Source: an uncultured Actinomycetes bacterium (GTDB lineage: Bacteria; Actinomycetota; Thermoleophilia; Gaiellales; Gaiellaceae). From it: 64,000 bases of DNA. The stretch's first letter is position 1. The number at the start of each line of letters is the position of its first letter. A program made the translations under genes and the position numbers. The stretch lies in assembly GCA_963770595.1 (NCBI GenBank), contig CAVYQG010000002.1, positions 155,866 through 219,865 of the forward strand, read 5' to 3'. The notes under the pieces were generated by a model. It searched no databases. It saw only the letters and a list, made by a program, of their open reading frames with translations, and was not told the DNA's origin. Below are positions 59,307 to 64,000 of the stretch, piece by piece.

Positions 59307-60282
59307 CTCCTCTGATCCTCGGGATCGAGACCTCGTGCGACGAGACTGCCGCGGCCGTCGTCACGGACGGAGGGCGACGTGCTCTCGTCCGTCGTCTCGT
59401 CGCAGGCGGACCTGCACGCGCGCTACGGCGGCGTCGTGCCCGAGATCGCGTCACGACGCCATCTCGAGCTCGTGTCCCCGGTCGTGCGCGAGTCGCTGGC
59501 CGGGGCGGGCGCGACGCTGGACGACGTCGAGAGCGTCGCCGTGACGCAGGGCCCGGGCCTCGTCGGCGCGCTGCTCGTCGGGATCTCGGTCGGCAAGGCG
59601 ATCGCCTGGGCGCGCAGAAGCCGCTCGTCCCCGTCGACCACCTCGAGGGCCACGTCGCGTCGCTCTACCTCGGGCGACGATCCGCTCGAGCCTCCGTTCG
59701 TGTGCCTCCTCGCGAGCGGCGGCCACACGCTGCTGCTCGCCGTCCGCGAGCGCGGGAGCTCCGAGCGGCTCGGCACGACCCTGGACGACGCGGCCGGCGA
59801 GGCCTTCGACAAGGGCGCGCGGCTGCTCGGGCTCGGCTATCCGGGCGGCGCGGCGATCGACGCGCTCGCGCAGGACGGCGACCCCGGCGCGTTCGACGTT
59901 CCCGGTGGCGCGCGTCCCCGGTCTCGACTTCTCGTTCTCCGGGCTGAAGACGGCGCTCCTGTACACGGTGCGCGACCTCGGCGAGGACGAGGCTCGCGCG
60001 GCGGAGGGCCGACCTCGCGGCCTCGTACCAGCACGCGATCGTGCGCGCGCTCGCGGAGCGGGCGCGGCAGGCGTCGGAGGAGACCGGCCTCGGGACGATC
60101 GCGGTCGTCGGCGGCGTCGCGGCGAACTCCTCGCTGCGCGCGGCGCTGCCCGACGCCGCGCTTCGCGCCGCTCGCGTACTGCACGGACAATGCCGCGATG
60201 ATCGCGTCCGCCGCGCGGTTCACGCCTGCCGATCCCGTATCCCGGCTACCTCGCGCTCGACGCGTATGCCTCGCTCTCGTAG
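59303..60282 (+). CDS. tsaD: tRNA N6-adenosine threonylcarbamoyltransferase TsaD; seven frame breaks
   Basis: [111 protein letters not shown]. Fragments alternate between frames. Confidence 0.9.
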
Positions 60283-62808
60283 CCTCGGGCTGCGGCTGCT
60301 CGGCGCCGTCGCGCTGGCCGCGCTCCTCGCCGCGCGGGCGCGGGGGCGCAGGAGCCGTCGGTGTCGTCGCTCGACGAGGCGGGCTGGCAGGGCGTCCTCG
60401 GCGTCCGCGACTCCGGTCTCGACCGCGCAGCGGTACGTCGTCCTGCTCGACGAGCCGTCGCTCGCGGAGCGCGTCCGAGACGCGGGCGGGACTGCGACCG
60501 AGGCGCAGCATGCGCGCGCTGGACCGCCGCCGCGATCGCGCTCCAGGAGCAGTTCCTGGCGCGGCTGGCCGCCGCGGGTGCGCGCGTCTCGCCCGAGTAC
60601 CGCTACGTCCGCGTGCTGAACGGGTTCTCGGCCCGCCTCGACCCGACCTCGCTCGCCCTTCTCGAAGAGCGACCCCGAGGTCGCGGGCGTGTACCCGGTC
60701 CGCATCGCCTATCCCGCGCAGACCGGCGGACGCGCAGGGCGTCGCTCCGTCGGCCGTCGAGGGGCTCGAGGTCCCGGGTCTCGACGGCTCCGGCGTCACG
60801 GTCGCGCTGCTCGACACCGGCGTCGACCCGTCGCACCCGTATCTCCGCGGCAGCGTGCTCCCGGGAGTCGACGTGATCGACCCGGGCAGCGGGGCAGTCT
60901 CGCAGCCGCACCCGACGATCCCCGGCCGTCCCGAGCGGCACGGAACCGAGCTCGCCGGGATCATCACCGGCGACGACGGGCCGGACGGCCTCCACGGAGT
61001 CGCGCCGGGAGCGATCGATCCTCCCGGTCCGCGTCGCCGGCTGGCAGCCGGACTCCGAGGGCGGCTACACCGTGTACTCCCGCACCGATCAGGTGCTCGC
61101 CGGCCTCGAGGCCGCAGTCGATCCGAACACGGACGGCGACACGCTGCGACGCCGCTCGCGTCGCGCTGATCGGCGTCGTCGAGCCGTACGCGTCCTTCCC
61201 CGAGCGGGCCGCTCGCGCAGGCGATCGAGGACGCGACGACGCTCGACACGCTCGTCGTCGTCCCGGCCGGGAACGACGGCCGGGCCGGGCCTGCGTATCG
61301 GCAGCATCGCCGGGCCCGGGCGGCGCGCCGGAGGCGCTCACGGTCGCGGCGACCGACGCGCGGATCGCGACGCCCACCGTGCGTGTCCAGGTCCGCGCGG
61401 GCCTCCGCGTGCTCTTCGAGGGCCCGCTGCCGCTCGGCGGCTCGCCGACGCGACACCGTCACCGCCGGCGTGGCTGCCGGTGACCCGCGCGACCGCCGCG
61501 CGCGGCGTCGCGGGGCTCTTCACCGAGGACGGGCTCAGCATCGTCGCGGGCGTGCCGCGCTGCTGCCGCGCGGCGTGCTCTCGGAGGAGACCGTCGAGGA
61601 AGCGATGACGGCGGGTCGCGTCGCGTGCTCGTCGACGGGCCGCTCCCGGCCGGCGCCTTCAGCCTCGACGTGCCCGGTCGGCATCCCGGTCGTGGGCCTG
61701 CCCGGCTCTCTCGTCCGCGAGATTCGCGCCATGCTCGCGGCGGGCGTTCCGGTCACGGTCGCGGTCGGCGCGGTCGACGTCGTCGAGAACGAGGAGTCGG
61801 GCTCGGTCGCCGTCTTCTCGTCGCGTGGTCTCGCGTTCGGCGGCCTCCTGAAGCCCGGAGCTCGTCGCGGCCGGAGTCGCCGTCCCGACGTCGGAGCCGA
61901 GCCGGAGCGACGAGGGTGAGGTGCGGTTCGGGACGGTCAGCGGAACGAGCGCCGCCGCGGCGGTCGTCGCCGGCGCCGCTGCGGTCCTCGCAGAGGGGCG
62001 ACCGCGTGTCGCGAGCGGCCGGGCTCCGGGGCCTCCTCGTCGGCTCGGCGCAGCGAACGCGACCTCGATGCCGCCGCGTCCGGAGCGGGCCTCGTCGACC
62101 TCCGGACTCGGCGGTCCAGCAGGAGATCGCCGCGAGCCCGCCGCTGCTCTCGTTCGGCGCTGCGACGGCGGGCACGCTCTCGATCGAGCAAGGCGCTCCG
62201 GTCCGCAACCTCTCGACCCGACCGCTCACCGTCTCGAGCCTCGAGTCGGTCGCCCTCGCGCCGAAGGGCGTCTCGATCACGTTCGACCCGCCGCGCGTGC
62301 GCCTCCGCCCGGGCCGGAGCGCCGACGTCGTCGTCACGCGCGAACACGCGCGATCTCTCGGACGAGGCCGGCGCCGCGACGGGCGAGCTCGTCCTTCGCG
62401 TCGGCGGCGCGGAGGAGGCGCACGTCCCGTGGGCGGTGGCCGTCCCGGCGCGCGGAGCCGATCTGCTCTCTCGCGCGTCTCGATCCGGACGACCGGAGGT
62501 CGCGGACGGGTCTCGGATGTGACGCCCGCCATCCTCAGCCTCGTCGCCGGCTCGATCACCGCGACGCCGGATCCCCAGGTGCGCGCGCTCGCGATCGCTC
62601 GACGTGCAGCTCTCCGCGACGGCGACGAGCGCTCGGCGTGCTCGCACGACGTCGCGAGCTCCTTCCCGGCCGGTACACGTTCGGCCTCACGGGACGTGGC
62701 CCGGACGGCGAGCGCCTCCGTCGCGGGGCCTACGTCGATGCGGGTCGTGGCCCGCTCGGACGACGGCACCAGGCGCAGGTCGAGTCCGTCCGCTACGACG
62801 TTCGGTAG
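60266..62808 (+). CDS. Secreted subtilisin-like serine protease (S8) with propeptide and PA-like insert; at least eight frame breaks
   Basis: Signal [23 protein letters not shown]. Propeptide YVVLLDEPSLAERV...YRYVRVLNGFSARL. Catalytic D (VTVALLDTGVD), H (HGTELAGIITG), N region (VVVPAGNDG), S (FGTVSGTSAAAAVVAGAAAVL). C-terminal Ig-like part. The start overlaps the tsaD end. Confidence 0.75.
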
Positions 62809-62866
62809 CGGCGCTGGTCGGTCGTATACTCGCGACCGTCCACTCGAGCCAGGAGGCATTCGGCCC

Positions 62867-64000
62867 ATGTCGACAGCTGAGGCGACGACTCACCTTCGCG
62901 AGAACCCGTTCGAGCTGGCGAAGACGCAGCTCCGCAGGGTGGGCGAGATCTTCGCGATCGACCCGAACCTGATCCGCGTCCTCTCGCAGTGCAAGAAGGC
63001 GGTCGAGGTCTCGATCCCCGTGCGATGGACGACGGGTCGATCGAGGTGTACATCGGGTATCGCGTGACGCACAACATCGCGCGCGGCCCGTCGAAGGGCG
63101 GCATGCGCTACCACCCGGACGGTCACGCGGGACGAGGTCAAGTCGCTGGCGATGTGGATGACGTGGAAGTGCTCGCTGATGGGCCTGCCGTTCGGCGGCG
63201 CCAAGGGCGGCGTCATCTGCGACCCGAAGCGCCTCTCGCCGAAGGAGCTCGAGCGCATGACGCGGCGCTTCACGAGCGAGATCATCAACGACATCGGGCC
63301 CGAGCGGGACATCCCCGCTCCGGACGTCGGCACGGACGGCCGGGTCATGGCCTGGATCTTCGACACGTACTCGATGAACAAGGGCCACTCGGTGCTCGGC
63401 GTCGTCACGGGGAAGCCGCTCTCGATCGGCGGCTCGCTCGGGCGGGAGGAGGCGACCGCGCGCGGCTCGCTCTACTGCATCCAGGCCGCGGCGGGCAAGG
63501 AGGGCCGGCGCATCTCCGACTACACCGTCGCGATCCAGGGGTTCGGGAACGTCGGCGCGAACCTCGCGCGCCTCCTCCACCTCGAGGGCTCCAAGGTCGT
63601 CGCGGCGTCCGACTCGCAGGGCGGCGTCCACAACCCGAACGGCATCGACGTCCCGTGGCGCTCGCGTACAAGCAGGAGCACGGGACGCTCGCCGGGCTCC
63701 CGAACGCAGAGCCGGTGACGAACGAGGAGCTGCGTCGAGCTCCAGTGCGACATCCTCGCCCCGTGCGCGCTCGAGCAGGTGATCACCGAGGAGAACGCCG
63801 ACCGCGTCAAGGCGGCCTCATCTGCGAGGGCGCGAACGGCCCCGTGACGCCCACAGCGGACGCGATCCTCGAGGATCGCGGCATGCTCGTCCTCCCGGAC
63901 GTCCTCGCGAACGCAGGCGGCGTCGTCGTCTCGTACTTCGAGTGGGTGCAGGGCCTCCAGGAGTACTTCTGGCGCGAGGAGGAGGTCAACGCGAAGCTCC
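62867..64000 (+). CDS. gdh: Glutamate dehydrogenase (Glu/Leu/Phe/Val dehydrogenase family), 3' end outside window; at least five frame breaks
   Basis: AGGAGG SD and a TATACT -10 at 62825-30. [66 protein letters not shown]. Confidence 0.9.

Overview
Very GC-rich chromosomal segment that looks like Actinomycetota, judged from polA-rpsA-coaE gene order, SARP regulators and many leaderless-type promoters. I found no rRNA, CRISPR array, transposase or integrase. Housekeeping genes sit at both ends: an ALDH fragment, pfkA, tRNA-Leu(CAA), a livJHMGF-type ABC transporter, polA, rpsA and coaE on the left; uvrB, an M32 carboxypeptidase, uvrA, panB/panC, tsaE-tsaB-rimI-tsaD and gdh on the right. Between coaE (ends 17653) and uvrB (starts 44030) lies a ~26 kb accessory block. 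It holds a TetR/MFS pair, a cluster of secreted proteins with an S8 protease, a GtrA/hydrolase/FAD-oxidase operon, a NarL-type two-component system, two tandem M23 peptidases and two unusual SARP-headed signalling modules. Module (i) is one ~1250-aa protein: wHTH-BTAD, class III cyclase, AAA/STAND ATPase, TPR. It is followed by a self-contained 36-codon secreted-peptide mini-gene. Module (ii) is a wHTH-BTAD-SIR2 protein translationally coupled (ATGA) to an nSTAND-like P-loop NTPase-TM-WD40 protein, which I rate the best candidate for an undescribed conflict/immune-type system. Nine promoters in the block share a SARP-style layout: heptad direct repeats phased at 11 bp, with the last heptad exactly 8 nt from a -10-like hexamer. 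They fall into two heptad families, TTGAGCG and GTTAGCS. Other structure includes a 124-bp hairpin-rich repeat (three tandem copies plus two inverted copies) bracketing tRNA-Leu, a canonical LexA box at uvrA, and several GC-rich terminator hairpins. Caveat: the sequence as given has at least ~60 single-base frame breaks in clearly conserved, even essential, genes, clustered at about 37.9-39.1 kb and 57.8-64 kb. I treat these as sequence errors and report genes as conceptually repaired CDSs. All domain calls come from reading motifs by eye; no searches were run.
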